Shown one piece after another: positions 44,077-53,011 of a DNA stretch of 64,000 bases. The stretch is from positions 28,181 through 92,180 of the forward strand of contig CADCBP010000002.1 in assembly GCA_902799705.1 (NCBI GenBank). The letters run 5' to 3'. Source of the stretch: an uncultured Bacteroidales bacterium. GTDB lineage: Bacteria; Bacteroidota; Bacteroidia; Bacteroidales; Paludibacteraceae. Positions within the stretch are counted from its first letter, which is position 1. Each line of letters begins with the position of its first letter. The notes under the pieces were generated by a model that was not told where the DNA came from, ran no database searches, and saw only the letters and a list, made by a program, of their open reading frames with translations. The translations under genes were made by a program, and so were the position numbers.

Positions 44077-44993
44077 CTCTTGTTTTGCTCCTTGGTCCGA
44101 CAGGTGTCGGGAAGACCGAACTGGCATTGCGCCTAGCAGAACGGTATGGTTGCCCGATCGTCAGTTGCGACAGTCGGCAGATATTTCGTGAGATACCTAT
44201 CGGTACAGCCGCCCCTACAACGGAAGAACAACAGCGCGTGAAGCATTATTTCATCGGAGAGCGGTCCATAGAAGAAGAGTATAATGCCGGACAATACGAA
44301 CGGGATGCGCTGGAATTGTTAAACAATCTCTTCGCAAAACACGACGTGGTGCTTATGACCGGCGGGTCAATGTTATATGCCGATGCGGTGTGCAAAGGCT
44401 TGGATGACCTGCCGTCTGTTTCTTCTTCTATACGCGCGGACGTGCAGCGCGAGTATGCGACCAAAGGTCTGTCATGGCTGCAAAGTGAAGTGCAACGGTT
44501 GGATCCGGCGTATTGGGGCGAAGTGGATAGACAAAATCCGGCGCGGTTGGCGCATTGCGTGGAGTTATGCCGAGTGACGGGAAAACCCTATAGCGCCTTG
44601 CGCTCTCATACTGCCAAAGAGCGTACGTTCCGTATCGTGAAGGTCGGGTTGGATCGCCCTCGCGAAGAATTGTACGCGCGCATAAACGAACGTGTGAAAC
44701 AGATGATGGCAGCTGGCTTGCTGGAAGAAGTAAAAGCCGTCTATCCCCAACGCGCACTCAATAGTCTGCAGACGGTGGGATACAAAGAGTTATTCGCCTA
44801 TATGGATGGGCAGTATGATCTGGAGCGGGCGGTAGAGCTGATACAACAGAACTCGCGTCATTATGCCAAACGTCAGTTGACGTGGTTTAGACGCGATAAA
44901 GAGATACATTGGTTGAATGCCAACGATGATTATGAGAAAAACTGCAATAGTATTGATGATTGGTTGCGCGCTGATAGCGTGCAAGAAGAATAG
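44067..44993 (+). CDS. miaA: tRNA dimethylallyltransferase
   Basis: 308 aa. P-loop LLGPTGVGKT, followed by SCDSRQIFREIPIGTAAP. Confidence 0.93.
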   Translation: MLKTLVLLLGPTGVGKTELALRLAERYGCPIVSCDSRQIFREIPIGTAAPTTEEQQRVKHYFIGERSIEEEYNAGQYERDALELLNNLFAKHDVVLMTGGSMLYADAVCKGLDDLPSVSSSIRADVQREYATKGLSWLQSEVQRLDPAYWGEVDRQNPARLAHCVELCRVTGKPYSALRSHTAKERTFRIVKVGLDRPREELYARINERVKQMMAAGLLEEVKAVYPQRALNSLQTVGYKELFAYMDGQYDLERAVELIQQNSRHYAKRQLTWFRRDKEIHWLNANDDYEKNCNSIDDWLRADSVQEE

Positions 44994-45936
44994 CGTGTCA
45001 TTCACCTATTCTCCCTCGTCTCCCAAGGCAGGCGAGACGGTGACGTTCTATAACCACTCCTCGTCCGGAGAGGATTGGAGTTGGTCTTTCGGTGACGGAG
45101 CCACGTCGGCGAGCAAAGCGCCGCAGCATGTGTATAAACAACCGGGAACGTACCACGTGACGCTGATGGTGGATAACAACAAATCCTGGCGCGCAGCGGA
45201 AGATATCACGGTGTATGATACCGTTCCTTCGTTCTCGTGCGCAGATACTGCATTCGCGATTTACAAAGATTACACCTTCAAGGCCAGTGTATATAACCCG
45301 TACAACTACAAGATTACGTACGAATGGATCTTGCAGGACTCCATCGTAAGTATGGACGGAGGCGTGCTCAAGTGCTATTTCACGCACCCGGATGATTCGG
45401 CGCGTATAACGCTGCGTCTTACTGTCAACGGTGAGTCTCTGGATATCAAACGCGCCTTCTATATCAAAGACCGGAAGACCAATTCGATGCTCTTCCGTAC
45501 GAACAGTGAAGATTATCGCCAGCGTATCTTCGGCGAGCGTGCCGAGGGGTATAAACCGACAACGGACAGTGAACTCTTGGATATAGAGCAAGATGTGGAG
45601 CAGTGGTATAACGACAGCACCTTCCGTTTGGCGGATTTGGCGGCGACTTTCCCGGGTATTCAGGGCTTTAAGATTGCCAATCGCAAGATATACTACCGCG
45701 CAAACGGTCTATGGGTGGCGAATATCGACGGTGCGTACAAGGTACAGATAGACGACAAGCCTTGCGTGGCCATGACGCTGGATAATACGGACAGCCGCAT
45801 CTATTGGGCGACTGCCGAAGGAATATGGTATATGCCGTTTGTGGGGTCGGATAATAATAAGTTTGTCACCACGCCGACGCTGCTGAATAAATTGAAAAAT
45901 GTAACTAAAATAGCCGCAGATGCGGAACCAAGATGA
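44932..45936 (+). CDS. PKD-domain lipoprotein
   Basis: MRKTAIVLMIGCALIACKK lipobox, followed by a PKD signature WSFGDGATSASKAPQHVYKQPGTYHVTLMV. It overlaps the miaA 3' end. Confidence 0.7.
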   Translation: MRKTAIVLMIGCALIACKKNSVSFTYSPSSPKAGETVTFYNHSSSGEDWSWSFGDGATSASKAPQHVYKQPGTYHVTLMVDNNKSWRAAEDITVYDTVPSFSCADTAFAIYKDYTFKASVYNPYNYKITYEWILQDSIVSMDGGVLKCYFTHPDDSARITLRLTVNGESLDIKRAFYIKDRKTNSMLFRTNSEDYRQRIFGERAEGYKPTTDSELLDIEQDVEQWYNDSTFRLADLAATFPGIQGFKIANRKIYYRANGLWVANIDGAYKVQIDDKPCVAMTLDNTDSRIYWATAEGIWYMPFVGSDNNKFVTTPTLLNKLKNVTKIAADAEPR

Positions 45937-47480
45937 CACAACCGGATTATATATTTGAGACCTCATGGGAAGTGTGTAACCGTGTAGGAGGTATCTATGC
46001 CGTATTAAGTACCCGCGCAGCCAGTATGCAGGCTGAGCACCCGGATAAGGTATTCTTTTTCGGCCCGGATTTCGGAGCACACAGCGATATCTATTTTCGT
46101 GAAGAGAAAGGTTTGATGAAGGGCTGGAAAGCGCCGGCAGAGATACCCGTACGTATCGGCAGATGGGACGTGCCGGGCAATCCGATAGCTGTCCTGTTGA
46201 AGTTTGATGCTTTATGGGAACGCAAGGATGCGATATACGGTTGGGCGTGGAGCATGTTCCGCGTGCAGAGCCACGCGGCCTACGGCGACTATGACGAGAG
46301 TTGCCTCTTCGGATATGCTGCCGGCATGGTGATGGAGAGTCTATATAATTGGTTAAACGCCGCTCCGCGGCAATTAAACGCGCCAAAGGCACAGTGTAAA
46401 CGCACCGAAAGTGCCTGTTTAAACTTCTGCGCCCATGCCAACGAATGGCAGACAGCCTTTTCGATCTTCTATCTGCTGGATCATTGTCCGAAGATTGCCA
46501 CTCTCTTCACAACCCACGCAACGGGTATCGGTCGTTCCATCGCCGGTAACGGCAAACCGTTATACGACTATTTCCATGCCTATAACGGCGACCAGATGGC
46601 GGCGGAACTGAATATGGTGAGCAAGCATTCGGTCGAGAAGCAAGCGGCGCATTGGGCTGACTGCTTTACGACGGTCAGTTATATCACTGCGCGCGAATGC
46701 GAGCAGCTTCTGGACAAGAAAGTGGATATAGAGACCCCGAACGGATTTGAGTCGAAGTTTGTGCCGAAGACGAAGGACTTTGAAGCGAAGCGCAAAGAGT
46801 CCCGTGAGGCGCTGCGTACCGTGGCAGGAGAATTATTAGGCGGAGTAGTACCGCAAAATGCATTGCTGGTCGGTATTTCAGGGCGACTGGAGATGAAAAA
46901 CAAAGGAATAGATGTCTTCGCAGCAGCGCTGGACCGATTAGCCCAGAAAATTTACCATAGCGACCAGCCTGAACGCGAAGTGGTAGCATTTGTGATGATT
47001 CCGTATCTCGATCGTGCGCCGTCGCGCAAGGGAAAAGTGAGTGCGGTATTTGTGCCCTATTATCTGGATGGCCATGATCCGCTGTTCGGAAAGACCTACT
47101 ACGACCTGCTGATGGGTCTGGATATTACGGTCTTCCCGAGTTATTACGAGCCATGGGGTTATACACCTCTGGAGAGTTGCGCCTTCCATGTGCCGACGAT
47201 CACGACCAGTCTGGCAGGTTTTGGCGAATGGGCGTCGCGGCAGAAACAACCGAACGGTGTGGTCGTCATAGAGCGGAATGACAGCAACTTCAATCAGGTG
47301 GTGGAGGAAATCGCAGATACACTTTTGCGCTTTGACCGCTTGTCGAAAGAAGAGAAAGCCGAAGTGCGGAAATGCGCTGCGGCGACAGCCAAAAAAGCGG
47401 ACTGGAAGCATTTCTTCAAGTACTACCGCAAAGCGTACGAAATAGCCCTGAAAAAGAGGGATAAAAGATTAAGTTTATGA
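45933..47480 (+). CDS. GT3-family (eukaryote-like) glycogen synthase
   Basis: 515 aa. The N-terminus YIFETSWEVCNRVGGIYAVLSTRA and C-terminal PSYYEPWGYTPLES are typical of Glycogen_syn/GT3. There is an ATGA overlap with the upstream gene. Confidence 0.8.
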   Translation: MTQPDYIFETSWEVCNRVGGIYAVLSTRAASMQAEHPDKVFFFGPDFGAHSDIYFREEKGLMKGWKAPAEIPVRIGRWDVPGNPIAVLLKFDALWERKDAIYGWAWSMFRVQSHAAYGDYDESCLFGYAAGMVMESLYNWLNAAPRQLNAPKAQCKRTESACLNFCAHANEWQTAFSIFYLLDHCPKIATLFTTHATGIGRSIAGNGKPLYDYFHAYNGDQMAAELNMVSKHSVEKQAAHWADCFTTVSYITARECEQLLDKKVDIETPNGFESKFVPKTKDFEAKRKESREALRTVAGELLGGVVPQNALLVGISGRLEMKNKGIDVFAAALDRLAQKIYHSDQPEREVVAFVMIPYLDRAPSRKGKVSAVFVPYYLDGHDPLFGKTYYDLLMGLDITVFPSYYEPWGYTPLESCAFHVPTITTSLAGFGEWASRQKQPNGVVVIERNDSNFNQVVEEIADTLLRFDRLSKEEKAEVRKCAAATAKKADWKHFFKYYRKAYEIALKKRDKRLSL

Positions 47481-49153
47481 AAAAGAGTTTATTGATAATG
47501 GCGATGATGCTGCCGATAGCAGCCTTCGCATGTACCAATTTCTTGGTAGGCAAAGCCGCGTCGGTGGATGGAAGTACGATTGTCTCGTACGCTGCCGACT
47601 CGTATGGTATGTTCGGATTTCTGCATTTTGCTCCGGCTCAGGATTGGCCGGAAGGAGCGATGCGCGAAGTGAAAGACTGGGACACCGGACGTCCGCAGGG
47701 ACAGATACCGCAAATAGCGCATACCTACACCGTAGTGGGAAATATGAACGAGAACCAGGTGACTATCGGAGAGACCACCTGGGGAGGACGTGAAGCCTTA
47801 TGGGACACCGTCGGCGTGGACTACGGAAGTCTGATCTATATCGCGTTGGAGCGCAGTAAGACGGCGCGCGAAGCCATCGAATGGTTCATCACCCTCGTGA
47901 ACGAATACGGCTACGCTTCGGAAGGCGAGTCGTTCTCCTTCGGTGACCCCGACGAAGTGTGGATCATGGACTTGATTGGAAAAGGTCCGGGTAAGAAAGG
48001 TGCCAACTGGGTAGCCGTACGTATTCCCGATAATGCAATCAGCGGACACGCCAACCAGGCGCGTATCACCACGTTGCCGGTGAACGAGAAACATAAACTG
48101 ACCAAAGAAGAGAAACGTCTGCAGAAAAAACTCAACTGCATCTGCAAAGGCGATTGGATGTGGGATAAAGACCTCATTGCTTTTGCGCGGGAGAAGGGTT
48201 ACTTTACCGGAGCTGACAAGGATTTCAGTTTCCAGGCAGCCTATAATCCCTTCGACTTCAGCGGCTTGTATGCTTGCGAAGCGCGTGTATGGACGTTCTT
48301 CCGTCATTTCTCGGACGAGATGGATCCGTATCTGGACTATGTGACAGGTAAGACCTTCCGCGAGACGGGCGGACAATACGAAGGAAAACATATGCCGCTT
48401 TGGATTATCCCGAATAAGAAAGTGAGTGCGCAGGACGTCAAAGAATGTATGCGCGATGAATATAAAGATACACCGCTGGATATCACCCAAGGTTCTGACG
48501 CCGGACCGTGGAACAGCAAACTGCGTTATGGCGGTTTGGGCTTCAAACTGGACTCCGTTCAGTACTGGTACGAACGTCCGGTAGCTACCCAGCAGACCGC
48601 GTGGTCGTTTGTGGGACAGATGCGCTCATGGAGCAAATACGGTATCTTCTGGTTCGGCGTGGACGATGCGGCATGCTCCTGTTATGCGCCGATGTTCAGT
48701 TGCCTGAACCATGTGCCGGAGTGTTTCGCGGAAGGGAATGGTGATAGTTATACCTTCTCGCCGACCAGCGCTTGGTGGACCTTTAACCTCGTGGCGAACT
48801 GGGCATATACCAAATATAGCCGCATGTATCCGCATATCCGCGAAATGCAGCAGATATGGGACGATAAGTTCAATACCCAGATAGCCGGAGTGGATGCGGA
48901 GGCTGCGGCGATGAGCGAAGAGGATGCAAAATCATTCCTTACATCCTATTCGTGCTCGCAGGCAGAGAACATGGTGGCCGATTGGCAGCGCTTGTATCTC
49001 TATCTGGTGACGAAATTTATCGACGGACAGGAACGCAAAGAAGAGAACGGCCAGTTCAAACGGAACGCCTACGGCAACAGTTGCGGGCCGAACCGCTTGG
49101 CTCTGCCGGAAGAGGCGCTGTGGAAGGTAGCACCGGAAATCAATCACGAATAA
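47477..49153 (+). CDS. peptidase C69 family dipeptidase
   Basis: 558 aa. A signal peptide is followed by the nucleophile Cys in ACTNFLVGKAASVDGST. There is an ATGA overlap with the upstream gene. Confidence 0.82.
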   Translation: MKKSLLIMAMMLPIAAFACTNFLVGKAASVDGSTIVSYAADSYGMFGFLHFAPAQDWPEGAMREVKDWDTGRPQGQIPQIAHTYTVVGNMNENQVTIGETTWGGREALWDTVGVDYGSLIYIALERSKTAREAIEWFITLVNEYGYASEGESFSFGDPDEVWIMDLIGKGPGKKGANWVAVRIPDNAISGHANQARITTLPVNEKHKLTKEEKRLQKKLNCICKGDWMWDKDLIAFAREKGYFTGADKDFSFQAAYNPFDFSGLYACEARVWTFFRHFSDEMDPYLDYVTGKTFRETGGQYEGKHMPLWIIPNKKVSAQDVKECMRDEYKDTPLDITQGSDAGPWNSKLRYGGLGFKLDSVQYWYERPVATQQTAWSFVGQMRSWSKYGIFWFGVDDAACSCYAPMFSCLNHVPECFAEGNGDSYTFSPTSAWWTFNLVANWAYTKYSRMYPHIREMQQIWDDKFNTQIAGVDAEAAAMSEEDAKSFLTSYSCSQAENMVADWQRLYLYLVTKFIDGQERKEENGQFKRNAYGNSCGPNRLALPEEALWKVAPEINHE

Positions 49154-49171
49154 ATAATCAAACATCCCATA

Positions 49172-52100
49172 ATGAAGAAATTTAAGGAATATAAGCAGTT
49201 GAATCTCCCCGAGTTGAGTCGCGAAGTGTTGGCACAGTGGGAGTCAGAGGATTTATTTGGTAAGAGTATATCCACCCGTGCGGGCCATCCGCAGTTCTTG
49301 TTCTTCGAAGGACCGCCTTCGGCGAACGGTATGCCGGGTATTCACCATGTCATGGCGCGAACCATCAAAGATACCTTCTGCCGTTTCAAGACGATGCAGG
49401 GTTTCCAGGTGCGCCGCAAAGCCGGCTGGGATACTCATGGTCTGCCCGTTGAACTCGGTGTGGAGAAGATGTTGGGTATCACCAAAGAGGATATCGGCAA
49501 GAAGATCTCCGTGGATGAATACAACGCGGCTTGCCGTCGCGAGGTGATGAAATACACTAAGGAGTGGACCAACCTCACCAAACAGATGGGCTACTGGGTC
49601 GACCTTGATAACCCCTATATCACGTACGACAACAAGTACATCGAGACCCTGTGGTACCTGCTCAAAGAGCTTTATAAAAAAGGTTTCCTCTACAAGGGCT
49701 ACACCATTCAGCCCTATTCGCCGGCAGCCGGCACAGGATTGTCTTCTCACGAACTGAACCAGCCCGGTTGCTACCGTGACGTCAAAGACCTCACTTGTAC
49801 CGCCCGCTTCAAAGTGAAAGACGGTCGTTTCATCATCGCCTGGACTACCACGCCGTGGACTTTGCCTTCGAATACCGCCCTTTGTGTCGGACCGAAGATT
49901 GACTACGTGGAAGTAAAGACGCCCGCCGGAGAGCATGTCATTCTGGCGGAGGCCCGCTTGGATGCGTATAAGAAAGAACTATGCGGTATGGACGCAGACG
50001 GTAACTTGTTGGAGCCGGAAATCATTGCCCGTTATAAAGGAACGGACTTGGTAGGGCTCAAATACGAACCGCTCTTCCCTTGGGTCAATCCGGGCGAAGG
50101 AGCTTATCGTGTCATTCCCGGTGACTATGTCACCACGGAAGATGGTACCGGTATCGTGCATATCGCGCCTACTTTCGGTGCAGATGATAAGAAAGTGGCA
50201 GATGCTGCAGGCGTACCGGGGCTCTACATGCAAACCAAGAACAACGGTCCGCGGCCTATGGTCGATTTCACCGGCAAGTACTGGCGTGTGGAAGATCTGG
50301 ACCAAGATTGGTACAAAGCCAACGTCAACGACGAACTCTACCGCAAGTACGCAGGCCGTTGGGTTAAGAACGCCTACGACCCGCAGTTCACTATCGACGG
50401 CAAGTACGACGAAGCCGCTGCGGCAAAAGCAGAGAGTCTGGATTTGCATCTCTGCCTGGAGATGAAAGCGGACGGACGCCTGCTCAAGAGCGAGAAACAT
50501 GTGCATACGTACCCCCACTGCTGGCGTACCGACAAACCGGTTCTCTATTATCCGCTCGACTCGTGGTTCATCCAATCGACCAAAGCGCGCGAGCAGATGA
50601 TCGCTCTCAACAAGACCATCAACTGGCAACCCGAATCTACCGGAACAGGGCGTTTCGGTCAGTGGCTGAACAACCTCAACGACTGGAATCTCTCCCGTTC
50701 GCGTTATTGGGGAACGCCATTGCCAATCTGGCGCACGGAAGATGGTAGCGAAGAGATATGTATCGGTTCTATCGCCGAACTCTTCGCGGAAATAGAGAAG
50801 TCTGTGAAGGCCGGTTTCATGAAAGCGAACCCATGGCCGAAACATAAAGTGGGTGATTACAGCAAGGAGAACTACAATCCGTCCGTCATCGATCTCCACC
50901 GTCCCTATGTGGACTCGATTATTCTCGTCTCGCCGTCCGGCAAGCCCATGAAGCGTGAACTCGATCTCATCGACGTATGGTTCGATTCGGGCGCGATGCC
51001 GTATGCGCAGAACCACTATCCCTTCGAGAACGCAGATCTACCGCGTACTGCGGACTTCATCTCCGAAGGCGTGGACCAGACGCGCGGATGGTTCTTTACC
51101 TTGCATGCGATTCACACCATGATAGAAGGAACAGTGGCATACAAAAATGTCATCTCCAACGGTCTGGTTCTCGATAAGAACGGCAACAAGATGTCCAAAC
51201 GTCTCGGCAATGCCGTAGATCCTTTCGGCGCACTCAATACCTACGGTGCCGATGCCGTACGCTGGTATATGCTGACGAACTCCAGCCCGTGGGAGAACCT
51301 CAAGTTCGACCCGGAAGGCGTGGATGAAGTGCGCCGTAAATTCTTCGGAACGCTCTATAATACCTATTCGTTCTTTGCGCTTTACGCTAATGTAGATCAT
51401 TGGACGGTCGAATCCCGACAGTCAAACGACGGTCAACCGACGGTCAAAGACAACGTTGTACCCACGCAAGACCTCTCTGAAATCGACCGATGGATCCTCT
51501 CGAAGCTCAACTCCCTCATCCAAGAGGTCACAGAAGCGTACGAAGCATACGAACCCACCAAAGCCGGACGTGCTATCTCGGATTTCGTGCAGGACGACCT
51601 CTCTAACTGGTATGTGCGTCTGAACCGCAAGCGTTTCTGGGGAGGTGAGATGAACGCAGACAAACAGGCTGCATACACCACCCTCTACACCTGTCTTAAG
51701 ACCGTAGCGCAACTCATGGCGCCGAACGCACCGTTCTATGCAGACCGTCTCTACCGGGACCTCACGGGCGAAACGGTACACCTCAGCACGTGGCCCAAAG
51801 CCGATGAGGATCTCATCAACAAGACGCTCGAGCGTCAGATGTACCTCGCGCAGCAAGCGACATCTACCATCCTCTCGCTCCGCAAACGCGCCGAGAAGAA
51901 CGTCCGTCAGCCACTCCAGAAAGCCGTTATACCTACGCCGGATCAAGAGACAACCGATGCGCTCCTTCACGTTGCTGACCTTATCAAATCGGAGGTGAAC
52001 GTCAAAGAGCTCGTTATCGTTCCTGCCGAGCAATCGGAGATCCGTCTCGTCAAGAAGATCAAACCGAACTTCAAAGTCCTTGGTAAGAAAGTCGGCGCGA

Positions 52101-52567
52101 ACATGAAAGCCCTCGCTGCCGCTATCAACGCCATGTCCCAAGACGACATCGCGAAGATGGAAACCGAAGGTTCTTTCAACTTTCAACTTTCAACTTTCAA
52201 TTGCACGATAGTGCCGGAGGATGTGGAAATTTTGACGGAAGACATGCCGGGCTGGCTCGTTGCCAACAACGGTATTCTGACCATTGCGCTGGATATCGAA
52301 CTGACCGATGAACTCATCGAAGAGGGTATTGCGCGTGAACTCATCAACCGCATCCAGAACCTTCGTAAATCTTCCGGCCTGGAGATCACCGACCGCATCG
52401 AGATCGAACTCGAGGACCGTCCGGAGATTCATAACGCAGTGCTCCACTGCGGCGATTATATCGCATCTCAGGTGTTGGCTACTTCGCTCACACTCGGCAC
52501 AGCCGTATCCGGAGAGTCCGTTGAAATGGACGGATATAATATCAATATAGCAATCAAAAAAGCATAA
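49172..52567 (+). CDS. ileS: isoleucyl-tRNA synthetase (type 2)
   Basis: 1131 aa. PSANGMPGIHHVMAR (HIGH region), KMSKRLGN (KMSKS) and a CP1 editing domain. It contains two in-frame tandem-repeat segments. Confidence 0.95.
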   Translation: MKKFKEYKQLNLPELSREVLAQWESEDLFGKSISTRAGHPQFLFFEGPPSANGMPGIHHVMARTIKDTFCRFKTMQGFQVRRKAGWDTHGLPVELGVEKMLGITKEDIGKKISVDEYNAACRREVMKYTKEWTNLTKQMGYWVDLDNPYITYDNKYIETLWYLLKELYKKGFLYKGYTIQPYSPAAGTGLSSHELNQPGCYRDVKDLTCTARFKVKDGRFIIAWTTTPWTLPSNTALCVGPKIDYVEVKTPAGEHVILAEARLDAYKKELCGMDADGNLLEPEIIARYKGTDLVGLKYEPLFPWVNPGEGAYRVIPGDYVTTEDGTGIVHIAPTFGADDKKVADAAGVPGLYMQTKNNGPRPMVDFTGKYWRVEDLDQDWYKANVNDELYRKYAGRWVKNAYDPQFTIDGKYDEAAAAKAESLDLHLCLEMKADGRLLKSEKHVHTYPHCWRTDKPVLYYPLDSWFIQSTKAREQMIALNKTINWQPESTGTGRFGQWLNNLNDWNLSRSRYWGTPLPIWRTEDGSEEICIGSIAELFAEIEKSVKAGFMKANPWPKHKVGDYSKENYNPSVIDLHRPYVDSIILVSPSGKPMKRELDLIDVWFDSGAMPYAQNHYPFENADLPRTADFISEGVDQTRGWFFTLHAIHTMIEGTVAYKNVISNGLVLDKNGNKMSKRLGNAVDPFGALNTYGADAVRWYMLTNSSPWENLKFDPEGVDEVRRKFFGTLYNTYSFFALYANVDHWTVESRQSNDGQPTVKDNVVPTQDLSEIDRWILSKLNSLIQEVTEAYEAYEPTKAGRAISDFVQDDLSNWYVRLNRKRFWGGEMNADKQAAYTTLYTCLKTVAQLMAPNAPFYADRLYRDLTGETVHLSTWPKADEDLINKTLERQMYLAQQATSTILSLRKRAEKNVRQPLQKAVIPTPDQETTDALLHVADLIKSEVNVKELVIVPAEQSEIRLVKKIKPNFKVLGKKVGANMKALAAAINAMSQDDIAKMETEGSFNFQLSTFNCTIVPEDVEILTEDMPGWLVANNGILTIALDIELTDELIEEGIARELINRIQNLRKSSGLEITDRIEIELEDRPEIHNAVLHCGDYIASQVLATSLTLGTAVSGESVEMDGYNINIAIKKA
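51403..51449. repeat. 11-14 nt period tandem repeat (GACnGTC core, 4 units) inside ileS
   Basis: ggacggtcgaatcc cgacagtcaaa cgacggtcaac cgacggtcaaag read directly. It encodes TVESRQSNDGQPTVK in frame. Confidence 0.85.
52174..52201. repeat. tandem heptamer repeat TTTCAAC x3 + TTTCAAT inside ileS
   Basis: Read directly. It encodes SFNFQLSTFN in frame. It is the reverse complement of the GTTGAAA motif at 5914 and 35314. Confidence 0.9.
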
Positions 52568-52570
52568 ATC

Positions 52571-53011
52571 ATGATTAATAGAAAATTTATTTACTTGGCG
52601 CTTGTTGCCATCGTGGGAATAGCATTCAGCAGTTGTTCTATGTTGGACAAGGACACGTCTTATTCTTTGAGTGACCTGCAGGGTAAATGGTTAGAGGATG
52701 GCACGGAGCATTATGTATGTTTTACCACAGAGTCTGCTGCTGACCTCAAATCCGGTTATCTATGGGGATACGAGTGGGGCGGCTTTGGAGATGATGTCAC
52801 AGAGTCGGATGTGTTGGCTGACAAATACGGCAACGGATGGTTCATGTACCAACTCTCGAAGAACGAACTGCTGGAGATCAACAAGATGAACCAAGGCTGG
52901 GGTGATATACCCCAAGTATATACAGTAACATTACTGACGAGTACGAAGATGACGTACAACAAGAAAGGGTATCCCAAAGAGAAACAGAACTTTACTAAAC
53001 AACTGAAGTAA
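52571..53011 (+). CDS. small lipoprotein of unknown function
   Basis: 146 aa. Lipobox IAFSSCS. It is tightly packed between ileS and the AsmA-like gene. Confidence 0.6.
   Translation: MINRKFIYLALVAIVGIAFSSCSMLDKDTSYSLSDLQGKWLEDGTEHYVCFTTESAADLKSGYLWGYEWGGFGDDVTESDVLADKYGNGWFMYQLSKNELLEINKMNQGWGDIPQVYTVTLLTSTKMTYNKKGYPKEKQNFTKQLK

Noticed and set aside
49253-51016. Minus-strand ORFs of 227 and 345 aa inside ileS; similar cases occur at 51422-52186, 56182-57078, 57370-58299 (dcp), 30379-31257 (porX), 27970-28686 (PASTA gene), 25811-26410 and 26480-26980 (gpmI), 8884-9513 (priA), 5162-5770, 45709-46392, 47798-48490 and 60321-60950
   Set aside because: All lie antisense to genes with diagnostic catalytic motifs. 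They are treated as shadow ORFs.
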